Source: Trichoplax adhaerens (lineage: Eukaryota; Animalia; Placozoa). From it: a stretch of 64,000 nt of DNA. The translations under genes and the position numbers were made by a program. The stretch lies in NCBI RefSeq assembly GCF_000150275.1, contig NW_002060944.1, positions 7,888,735-7,952,734 on the forward strand. Direction: 5' to 3'. Positions 27,125 to 38,800 of this stretch are shown in pieces (position 1 is the stretch's first letter; each line of letters begins with the position of its first letter). Under the pieces are notes generated by a model. It had not been told where the DNA came from. It searched no databases and worked only from the letters and a program-made list of their open reading frames with translations.

Positions 27125-28202
27125 TAGCAAGTTCTTCGAAGATCGTGTAGTATTTCCATTCTGATGGACTACATGAATTTATGATGTCAGTTGCACCTTG
27201 TGCGCAAATTTAACATTTCAGTTTAATTGATACAGCAAGATTGGTTCCAATACAATGTACGCGTAGGTATATTCCTCTTTTCATCATATTCTTGTTTATT
27301 TCACTTGGAAATGAGGATATTTATAGTCACGATAAAAGTATAAGCTATGAATTTAAAACGTTACAAATGATAGCTTGAAAGCATAAATAATTCCTACTGA
27401 CCTAATTTCGCTTAAATTAATCACTAACTTTCACTTATTGCAACGACATATTTTTACGTAATGTATATGAATTTTGCCTTTCATATAATGTTTATATACG
27501 GGCATTTTATATTATTAACAACTTATACTGTTTAAAATATTTCAAATTAGTTATTACAATATTTGGAAAGTTGCTGTAACGATTTATATTTCCTTTATTG
27601 GATATCTGCTGTTCAATTATATTAGTTTGACATGCACAGATGTCGTACCTGTGTATCCATTTATGGGTTTTTATTAGCATGGCTAAAAATGCCCGAAATG
27701 AATGAATATATATGATGAAGTCACAACGATTTTAATGACTAGATTTAAACCTATTTTATGCAGTCTTATAGGAATAAATTAATACAAACATCAATTTGGA
27801 AACTCTCATGTTTTGCGCAATACATTTTGAGTTACCCATCGGTTAAATATAAACAAGATGTTACATCATGCTTTTAAAATAATCAGTGAACCATGTGCGA
27901 TCATACAGTACAGTATAATTATTTGTATTTGATTTCGTTTGGAACGTAATCATACGAACAGTATTATCTCGACCACCTACATGGTACACTATACAGTACT
28001 CCACTAGATAGTACATACAGTAACAAGACAATCATTAATCAAATCAATTCTAGTACTAAGCTCCTTGCATGCTTGAGTCAAACCATACAGTCATAATATA
28101 TCGTCAGCCGAACATTTGTAAAATCTGTCTATCTATCCCGCTGTTGCTGCTGCATGGTTGTAATCCTAGTTTGTCATACAACATCAACCGGAGTTCGGAG
28201 GA

Positions 28203-28516
28203 ATATTTGACTCTGATGCAATACATTTAGCTACTAAGTATTTTGTCCTACCTATCATTATTACTTCGTGTTTTAGTAAAATATTTGATTCTGATGCAAT
28301 ACATTTAGCTACAAAGTATTTTGTCCTACCTATCATTATTACTTCGTGTTTTAGTAAAATATTTGATTCTGATGCAATACATTTAGCTACAAAGTATTTT
28401 GTCCTACCTATCATTATTACTTCGTGTTTTAGTAATATATTTGACTCTGATGCAATACATTTAGCTACAGAGTACTTTGTCCTACCTATCATTATTACTT
28501 CGTGCTTTAGTAAAAT
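28203..28516. repeat. Minisatellite, 78 bp x4
   Basis: ATATTTGA(C/T)TCTGATGCAATACATTTAGCTAC... repeated four times. Explains the repetitive minus-strand ORF 28184-28492. Confidence 0.95.
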
Positions 28517-28620
28517 CCAGCAGTCTCTACATTTATGGCTTTTGCTTGAATTGATGAAAGAAAAAGTGTTGACAGTTTACAAATCAATCAGTTTACAAAT
28601 CGAATTTTTCGATCAGTAGT

Positions 28621-31581
28621 ATGGATACGAAAGGCAATCAAAATGTGGTACGAATTACTGCCGCTCAAAAATTAGCCTCATCATGCTTCGGCGCAATGGC
28701 CACGGCTGTTATAGGTACTGCTGATAATACTGTAATTATGTACTCATCAATCAGGATGAATTAATGCCAATTTCTGTTTGAAATGACTTACCTAGCTACG
28801 GTACTGTTGCTGCGAATTATAATACAGTATACGAGCATAATAATAATGATTTACAAAGTAAGCGGATATCGTGATGTTACGATCAATCATACTGTACTAT
28901 ACGTATTATTATCATTTTATTGTCATGATAAGAATATTGATGTAGATTTTTATGAGATAAAATATAACGAACGTCCTAGAATACTCGAAATTGATTAATT
29001 ACGAAACAGATATCTTCTGTACTTGTAGATATCATATTCTGTGCAAGCACTAACTAACTCTGAGCTATATTTCTCATCATTTGATGATTATTGTTTGTTC
29101 AAGTTACACCTTTCGATGTCATCAAGACACGGATGCAGATCAAGCGGAATGCTCGTCTAGCTAAAGCTCCAATATCAGAATGTACTGTAATTAATTGCTA
29201 ATTCTGATACCTGATTTAATTCCTGTATGCTGCAGGGCGTAATATTTGCAATTTCAGCTCAACACATTAGCATAATACAATTGAAAGATGTAGCGAGAAT
29301 AGAGAATTGTGATTGATGCTTGTATAATATTATATGTTTACAGCTGTTCCATACGTGCTATGTAATGGCTTAATGGATCACAAATGCACTATGTGCCCAG
29401 AAACGATGATGAAGAATTGCAGGACTACAATGTGGGTAAGTTGATGATCGATCTTCTGGAGGCGATGTTTTAACCACAGCTGCAGTACGTGGTATATCGA
29501 ATTGTACCTCTCCTATATGTAATTCCATCTCTTTTACCAATAATTGCACACCTGCATTCACATAAATATTATCACCATTGAACGTCATAACTAATCGTAA
29601 TTTTTATATACTCGTTAATAATAGTGGTGGCGGACACACACTTTGTCATTACTCTTTCGTTAAACAACTAATTTGTAATTATGTTGTTATAGGGTACTTT
29701 CGTCAATATAATGAAAAATGAAGGACCATCAGCATTATATCGAGGATTACCGCCGACATTGTATGTAGTTAAAATCTCTATTTTTCGTTCATTGTCTAAC
29801 TATTGTTGCTAGCTCATAAGAGTTTCGTATTGTTGCACTTTAGTTATTAAATTATTAATCGTAATATAAAGTTACATAGGTAATTCTATCTAAAGTTGAA
29901 ATGATGTTATATCTAAGCCTGTTTAAGCTAATCGGCCAGTTCAGTTTCTTTAATATTGTTCTATACGATCCTACTATTCATACGAAGTACTGTGAATCGT
30001 TGCCAAACATTCTTATATTCGTAGCTTAATTCTGCGATATGGATAAAGCTATGTTAATCCCCAAAAAATTAACTGTAGGGCTCCTACCAAACGAAAATTT
30101 ATTGTAACTTTCAAAAACTGCCATTGATAAAGTTATTAATGCTATTATTAATTATACTTCGTTGGTTGTAGAGTATGTTGGTGGTTTAGCACAGAAAATG
30201 ATAGATAGCTGTTATACTTTCTCTTGTTTAGGATTATGGCAATTCCATCGACAATGATATTTTTTACTGCGTATGACATTTTGAAAGAGAAGTTGACTCC
30301 GCATCTTGGCAAACGACAGGATGTATTAGCTCCAATGCTTTCGGCGATGCTTGCTAGAGGTATATTTTACTACTGTTATGGCTTACTGTATTAATATAAT
30401 GCCTAAAGTTTTTGATATAATCCGTCTTACAGTTACGGTTGTTACGGCAATTTCCCCTATGGAACTTGTCAGAACAAAGATGCAAGCTAGTAAGACAGCC
30501 GGATATGGAGGTGAGAATAGATAAAGTCTTGTTACTCTAATTAGCATACACATTATCTAGTTAAATTATCAGTAAATAGCGGCAAAAAATTTTGGAACTA
30601 TTTGAGTTATTTGCGATAGTAATTTGCTGGCATTTATCCATAGAATTGGTTCGTATTGTTTATCAGGAAGCAAGAATAAGTGGTGTATCGACATTGTGGC
30701 GTGGCCTGGGGACAACCCTTATGCGTGATCTTCCCTTTTCTGGTAGATTTTGAATAGCGTTTTGTATCGAAAAAGATACCATTAATATTTCTGCAAATTC
30801 ATTTCATTCACTTGTTTAATTATATTGCAAGCATTTTACTGGGCTGGGTACGAAAACTTCAAGAAAAGATTTAATACTTTAACAAATGGAAAGTATCCTA
30901 ACATAAGTAATTTTTCCGCAGGTGCTACATCCGGCATGGTAAGGTTTCTTTTAGTTACTATTTACTAGACTAATTATGTAAGTGTTCTATCTGGATCACC
31001 TTAGTGACTCTTCCATTACAGATAGTAGCCGCAGCAACTACCCCTTTCGATGTAGTAAAGACTCATTTGCAAGTAGATATGGGTGAAACAAATAGTAAAA
31101 ACGGTAGCTAATATATACACTTAAAAAATTGTATACGCAAATATGTATAATGATGTACATAAAATAAAATTTATACGCCTGCAAAGTTTGCTAGTTGTCA
31201 TTAACCGATTAAACCCACACACAGATTAGTTGTAGTGGTCTTACTAAATGTATATTTTAATTGTGTATGCAGGAAGCCAAAAAGTACCTTCTATGTTTGC
31301 TATTATGAACAATATTCGACAGCAATATGGTGTTAGAGGACTATATACCGGTATGAAATTAGTTTATAAAGCATAAATAAGCGTATTTTAGCATTCAGCT
31401 TAATAATAGTCATATAATAAGGTATAGAACCCTGAAATTTATAGAATATCCATAAACAATATTTAACTACTTTGTAGGAGTTGCTGCTAGGGTTATTAAA
31501 GTTGCACCAGCAAGTGCAATTATGATTAGCACCTATGAATTCTGTAAAGATTATTTCGCTAACAAAAATCGTTTGACCTAA
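28621..31581 (+). CDS. SLC25A40: Mitochondrial carrier, SLC25A39/A40-like, paralog 2; 11 exons
   Basis: MDTKGNQNVVRITAAQKLASSCFGA, VTPFDVIKTRMQ, LCNGLMDHKCTMC, LYRGLPPTLIMAIPST, SPMELVRTKMQ, LMRDLPFS, TPFDVVKTHLQ, RVIKVAPASAIMISTYEFCK; TAA 31579-31581. Intron positions match paralog 1. Confidence 0.92.
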
Positions 31582-32780
31582 ATTGGCTATGATGTATTTG
31601 GTATACCAGACGAAAGGAGTCACTTTCAAAAGTTAATGTTACAGGAGTTCTGACGAGACTATAAAAGGCTGATGCCTGAAGATTCCTTTTTAGTTCGTTA
31701 GTCGGTTAGATAGTCAACTAGTTTTCAATTGATATTTAATTGTGAAGACTATAATCTTGGGTGCCAAGATTCCTTCAGTAATAAATGATAGTAAATCTCT
31801 GACTATCTCGTCTACATCATCTGTGACGCTATAATTATACCATAGTATTCGGTTGTTGGAACTGAATTATTTGGTGATATAGCTAATCTCGCCTCTTTAA
31901 GTTAGTAAGTGGCGTTCTCCGCAAGGATTGGCGTGTGTAGACTACTTTGTCACTAGTGGTGTGTGACAGTTAAATGCAATCCTGTTTTCGAATGCTCAAT
32001 TGATCATCTGTAAGAATACTATACGCATATATTATAAAGGTTTCTAAAATGATTACATATTTGAAATTGCAGTAATTACATTCAGTTTGGTGGTAACACT
32101 GCATGGTAACACTGATTTGACATACGTATATCCATCCATACTGTAGTTGATTGCTTTGAAGAATTACGTAAACCCTAATTTAAAATCCTAACTTATTTAT
32201 AGGTATTGCTTAATTTTAGTTTAGTGCTATTTCGTCATATTGGCTGTCTATAGAGAAGCCACCGGATTGATAATTGATAGCAATTTACGTCATGTAGTTG
32301 TTTATTGAGGTTTTAAGTTAATGTTGGCTATAACAAAATTTATCAGCCAATGAAAACATTCCGGTAAATTAATTTACAAATAAACATTTAACAAATATCA
32401 ACCAATATGAACAGCTATACACATATAAAATTTATACAGTACTATTTAAAATCTGTACAAACAGGTAATATCTACGATTTTTTGTTTTACTGAAATAAAT
32501 AAATTTCTTGTGCTTAATAATCGATTAGACAATTTTTAAGTCTAGCAAGAAACAGGGTCAGTTCTGTACATGAATCGAAATAGCAAGTTACTGTAAAGCA
32601 TTAAGGATGTGATATAGGTACACCAATGATAATTATTTACCTCATTCATAGTCAATACAATACTAGCCATATCTTATAGTCAGTTTCTATAGAAAACCGT
32701 TTGTGTGCCTATACAGACCATGAGGCCATAGAGTCAAGACTTTAGTCTCAACCAATCTTTATAAAGTGGCAAGGGTGATT

Positions 32781-34502
32781 TCAAGGCGATTGCGATTTAT
32801 CGATTTCTTCTGCAGCAGCTAGTAATGATGCTATAGCATCGGATTGTTGTACAAGAGGCGCATAAGCCGCATAAGGTGTCGGTAAGGCAGCAGAGAACTT
32901 GGCAGGACTGTGACAAACGAATTCTATGCAATCCATTGGCCTACAGACTTCCTCTTCAGGTCCTGTTATTGAGATATGTTTAATTCATCTCAGCAAATGT
33001 GCATATCAGCCGTACACGTACTTAATTTAGCATGGCTGGTTTAAAGATAATGTGAGATTCTACGCCTACTTTATTTAAAAGCAGTTGATTTTTTATAACT
33101 GTCACTTTACCTAAGACGAAAATAGATGGATCGAAATGATCAGGACAAGGTTGAGTAGGGAGTAGCCAAGTTAATACGACACTTTTTTCACCATACTGAT
33201 CTTGCATAAACCCACGAATCTGCGCAAAAAATATTCCACCTTGAATATCCACTAAAGACACGATATCACCGACTTGATACTTTATACCCTGAATAAAAAC
33301 AGTATTGTATAGTCAGAATGTTATAATAGTTGTGTGGATAATAGAAATCCTTCATTTCTGTCAAAAACTACTGGAGCATTGGACGAATTATTTAGCAATG
33401 ACATTTCTAAGTTCGTTAAATTTCATTAGGAATCGTATTTTAACTGCTTTTATTCTGCATCTACGATACTATAGCTACTTGTCTATTTAATTAAGGTCAG
33501 GTGTAGACTGTAGACCTTACCGAAACAGAGTATTGTAAAATACTGTACATAGCGTACCGTAAACGTTAGTAATTTGTGTTTTTGATCAAACAAAGCCATC
33601 TATGATTATCTTATTAAATTACTGTACGAATTGAAAAAAATTCCAATGTGAACTATTCGCATTTGTGTTAAAGTCACGGTTTAAATTAATTTAATTTTAA
33701 CTTAAGCCTGCAAGATTTCCAAACCATGCGGTCGTACGCGTACTGTACAGTGTACAAAATAGCAATAAAGAGAATTGGCTGTAGTGAATTCTGATATACA
33801 ACTACTGTATAATGATCGTATGAATGAAAGTCTCATGAATGTTAGCCATTGGCAATGGTTAATATACATAGACACGAATATAATTAAACCATGAGACTTA
33901 TGAATTATGATATAGTAATCCTGAATGATAGCTGTACTTACCTGATAAAATATTCTACTGCAGGTTACGATTGATGCCACAGCTGAAGGAGCTTTAATCG
34001 GCTAATGATAAAAGGTCAATGTAGAGATATTAGCTATGGAGGTATAGTGTTTATAGTTCCAGTAGGTACTGTTAGGCATGAGTATAGTGTACAAAACTAC
34101 ATTGGAGGAAAATGCATTGAAATCAAGACCTCCATAATAAAAGGACATATGAATCAGTAGATCGAGCGTAAGGCAGGATTATGAGTAAATTACCTTTCTC
34201 TTTTTCAAACTTCGTCTACCCCTTTTGGATACGAGCGAGCTTTTCGCTTGTCCTTGCGAGCGTGTACGTCCACTGCTACCATTGCCTTTATCCCGGTGAT
34301 TTCCCTTACTGCTACTGCTACTAGCCGTACTACTACTAGTATTCCTCTTCTGAGTTGAACTATCGTTGTTATCGGAGGAAGGTAGTAAATTTCGCTTAGT
34401 GTAACAAATTTGGCATACAATTTGATCGTTGGGCAGACGATGCCACATGGTGGTGGATGTCGCTTGGCACCAGACGCAAACGGGCGCACTTCCAGGTGGC
34501 AT
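32781..34502 (-). CDS. GATAD1: GATA zinc finger domain-containing protein 1; 4 exons
   Basis: Exon 1 34502-34194 (MPPGSAPVCVWC-x17-CQIC, basic tract). Exon 2 34001-33942 (PIKAPSAVASIVT). Exon 3 from 33288 (YQVGDIVSL..AQIRGFMQDQYGEKS..LTWLLPT). Exon 4 GPEEE..MDCIEFVCHSP; TGA at 32783-32781. Confidence 0.93.
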
Positions 34503-34753
34503 TTGGGATAATTTAGCAAGCTCTTTCTACAAACGATGATGTAAAGTATACAAGTAACCTTGAGCTCGATTCTATCTGAATAATCTGATGATGACCACTA
34601 GGCAGTAAACAAAGTTGGAGACAAGAGTTTTGATGATTTCGAGTATGGTTTTATTATGGAGAGATTGACTCAAGTTGAATGTCTTGACTACAGTACACAG
34701 TACGGAAAGACTTACACTTTGTACTGTACTACAGGACTGTACTGTACTGTACA

Positions 34754-35581
34754 ACTGATCGTGCTGTGACGTTGCTTTTGCGAGCTGATCATACAGTATT
34801 ATGACTTGATAAATACTGTAAGAAGAATGACTGAAAAGACAGTAATACTATTCACTTCTAAGGACATGGTCACAGGCACTATTGCACACTATTCAGTAGG
34901 ACGTAGAACTGATGGTGCTGTGACATTACTTTTGCGAGCTGATCATAATATGGCTGGATAAATACTGTAAGAAGAATGACTGAAAATACAGTAATACTGT
35001 TCACTTCTAAGGACATGGTCACAGGCACTATTGCACACTATTCAGTAGGGTGTAGAACTGATGGTGCTGTGACATTACTTTTGCGAGCTGATCATAATAT
35101 GACTGGATAAATACTGTAAGAAGAATGACTGAAAATACAGTCTACTGTAATACTGTTCACTTATATGGATGGACATGATCACAGGCACTGTTGCACACTA
35201 TTCAGTAGAGCGTACAACTGATGGTGCTGTGACATTACTTTTGCGAGCTGATCATAATATGACTGGATAAATACTGTGACTGAAAATACAGTAATACTGT
35301 TCACTTCTATGGGCATCGTCACAGGCACTGTTGCACACTATTCAGTAGAGTGTAGAACTGATGGTGCTGTGACATTACTTTTGCGAGCTGATCATAACAT
35401 GACTTGATAAATACTGTGACTGAAAATACAGTAATACTGTTCATTTCTATGGACATCGTCACATGCACTGTTGCACACTATTCAGTAGAGTGTAGAACTG
35501 ATGGTGCTGTGACATTACTTTTGCGAGCTGATCATAATACGACTGGATAAATACTGTAAGAAGAATGACTGAAAATACAGT
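34754..35581. repeat. Tandem repeat, 140-160 bp unit, ~5.6 copies, between divergent GATAD1 and PDIA5 starts
   Basis: ACTGATGGTGCTGTGACATTACTTTTGCGAGCTGATCATA units at 34754, 34908, 35057, 35217, 35357 and 35497. Confidence 0.95.
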
Positions 35582-35856
35582 ACTGAACGTACTACTGGCC
35601 GCGCTGTCATTGGACATCAAACAAAGAGAATCGTTATCATCAGTCAACGACTCGCTTCTAACTGACCCGCCCCGGTAGTTCATACTACTGTAAAGTATAA
35701 AAAGCCAGTCGGAGACACTTGCAAACCAATCGACTTTATCGCCGTGTGTGCAAGCTAGCAAAAGCGTTTGGCTTGTAGTCCTAATTGAGAAAGAAATTGG
35801 GTTACTACTGGTTACTAGGGAAGGAAGCAGCTTGATTGAAGAAATTATTCAAGATC

Positions 35857-38800
35857 ATGAGAGCATTTTTAGCCATTTGCATCCTAATATGTGGATGCTA
35901 TCTACTTCAGGTTAGTGTAATTCATGCAATTGACTATACAGTACTTTTGGCCAAGGCATTGATTGCAGTAGGGCACCAATGGATCACAACTGCTGTTATT
36001 GTTGTATGGCTGATACGTGCGCACTCAGGAAATGAGAGAACTTGTTCATCACTCTAGTCACATAGATTGTACAATTATTTCGAGTGCAAAGTAGATAGTA
36101 GATTGGATCATTCAATGGACAACTCTATTTTAGTATTACTTTCAAAGGCAGTCTGTGTTGCGATGAGTAAAATCCAAGCTTATCGAGGTGCAATGGTCCT
36201 TAGCTAGTCAACAATGTTGTCGTTAAGCTGACGTGGCGTTATTCAAATATGTACTTTACATTCATTAAGTTAATCCGCACACCTGCTTAACGTTCAATAT
36301 CAAAGTATGGTCAAGTTTTACTCGATCAGTTTTCGAATCGACATCGGAAATGGCTATAGAGTAGATATGACATAAAATTAGAATCTAAAATAGATCCATG
36401 TTGAATTCTATCGACGGCTACAACTTGTGGCAAAAGATACCTTACATGAAAGATGTAATGAAAGGGGGAAAAAAATGATTTCGGGATGAGTGATTCTCGG
36501 CTCTTTCTCTCTCAATGCTATATAGACTAGTCTTGCAGCGAAAAAGAAAAAATCAGATAAAGGTCATGTTATTCAAATCGATAATGTGAAGGAATACAAG
36601 AAGCTACTGCGTACGCGTAAGAATATCTTGATAGCATTTTTCAAAACAGGTAAGAGATCGTGATAGGACAAGTAGGTCATCACAAGAGGGATAGCACTTT
36701 TTCTTTTCAATGAACATCAATCATAGACTACTAGAAAGGAATCTATATAGAAAAGAACTCTTTCTAATAGCTACTTCATGCTTGAATCTATTTTGAAGTC
36801 ATAAGGAGTATTTAAACACAACATTTTCAGTTATTGCTGTTATCCATGCCGGTGGTGGATAATATGATTTCAACTTGAATAATACAAGTTCTTACTAATG
36901 AGTATTAATGCGGTATAGTTTAAAGTAGCAACTACCAACTTAATATGGCTATATCGTATGAGTTGATTAATTGATAAATAAACATTTAGAAAGCGGCATA
37001 GAGTACTCACTACACTAATTGCATGATATTGCAATATATTATGCAGTTAGTTGACTTAATTCACTAACAATAAGAATAGCTAAAGTCCTTATTATAATGC
37101 CTACACAGAAGAGCATTATACAGGCACTAATCGCTTGCTAACACAATAGCCGCAATTTACAATGAATCTCTTTCGTCATTTCCCTAGTAATCATGGAATG
37201 TATCCATTCTACTGCTATAATAATTGGATATTTTACTGCTTAACAGGACTAAGTGAAGATACTTTTGATTTTCTCTCAATGTATGATAGTCTACGTTGAG
37301 CTTTTTTCACTTCAGCAACACAATTTCAAGCTAGTTTTTATGATACATTATCATAAGCCAAGGGTTCAGGAACTAGTTCAAGGTACAATACTACAACTGA
37401 CGTTCGATAGTAATCGGACATCTGTGATGATATATCTATCATAAATAAGATCCGGCTATTGTTGCTCAAAAGTAATTCAGCACAATGCTTTCGACATGCT
37501 TCGACTTTGGACTATTTTAACTTTCATCACACCGATTATATTTCCATCTTCATCGATTGAACTAGAATACAATTGCTAGTAGGTGTATCTCAAAACATGC
37601 TTCTCGGATCATGAATGAGTTATACGCTATTAACTTCGGCAATTTCAATGACTGCGGATTAAAAACAATAATATTGGAAGATCTGTTATAGAATTAAATG
37701 TGAAATGATAAATAGGGGAAAGTATAAGATGTAGCCTTCTATAATATCTTTTCCTTTCCAATTTTTTGAACACTGTAATTCTACTTTCTCATAAATAATG
37801 AAAATTTTTTCCAAAGATTAAATCTCGCACAATGAATGCCATTGAATAATGATTAATGCTTTTATGCTAATGCACAACAAGAACAGCTATTGAAAGCTTA
37901 AATATTTGAAAATGGCAAAATTTTGCTGATAAACTCTCTTGAAATAGGGTAGTTTTAAACAAATAGCACTCTTACAGTAGGATAACCATGAACATTTCCT
38001 AAAGTGAATTCGTACTTACATGTTCTATTTATATCGGGATACAATAATCATCTAGACCTTTAGCGACTCTCATGTCAAGATAACAATTTTCTCGGCTGCA
38101 TTTTGATCTTGCATTATCCTTCTTGATTAAGCATTTACCTATGTAATATAGCAAACTTTTGACGATAAAGTTCCAAAGATATTAAAAATTAAGAACAAAG
38201 TGATAACTACAAGTTGATCAATATATATTTCTCATGTTTATTCTGTAATTTTTGCATGAAAATTAACAATTTTGAATTAGGTCAGTGATAATGCGGTAGA
38301 TGTGCATTCTATTTTAACGTACGTAATTAAAAGATGGGTTCATATTCTACAGAAATATAAAATTTCTTTAGCACTTGTAGATTTATAACACAACTAATCT
38401 AAATCGATGAAATCCTTGTCACTCTAGGTGGAGATATTGGTAAAAAATTAGATACACTAATACGAGCTGCAAATCAGGTCTATGGTATTGGAACGCTTTC
38501 ATATGTTGACTGCGGGTATACAAATCACGGATTAATCAATCATAATTTTCATACATTCTATAATAGTTATTGGTTAATTTTATTTTATCTCTTAAATTTT
38601 GGATTGATATTAAGTTATCTACTTATTGAATGCTATCGCGTTAATAGTTGATATTCGATGGTGTAGATAAGACATTGCTTTTTATTTATAAGTAGGAAAT
38701 AAATATTTAAAATTAACTTACACCATCATAAAGTTTTATAGCATGCAATGTAATATATTCATTTGTAGATCGGATAAGAAGTTATGTAAAAAATTAAAAA

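Noticed and set aside
28184-28492. Repetitive 102-aa minus-strand ORF
   Set aside because: By-product of a 78-bp (multiple of 3) minisatellite; no splice or domain support.
34754-35581. CRISPR-like appearance of the tandem arrays (also 22292-22665)
   Set aside because: Whole units repeat with no unique spacers, there are no cas genes, and the context is eukaryotic.
35726-35744. ERSE-like CCAAT-N9 motif upstream of PDIA5
   Set aside because: The second half reads CGCCG rather than CCACG; too weak.
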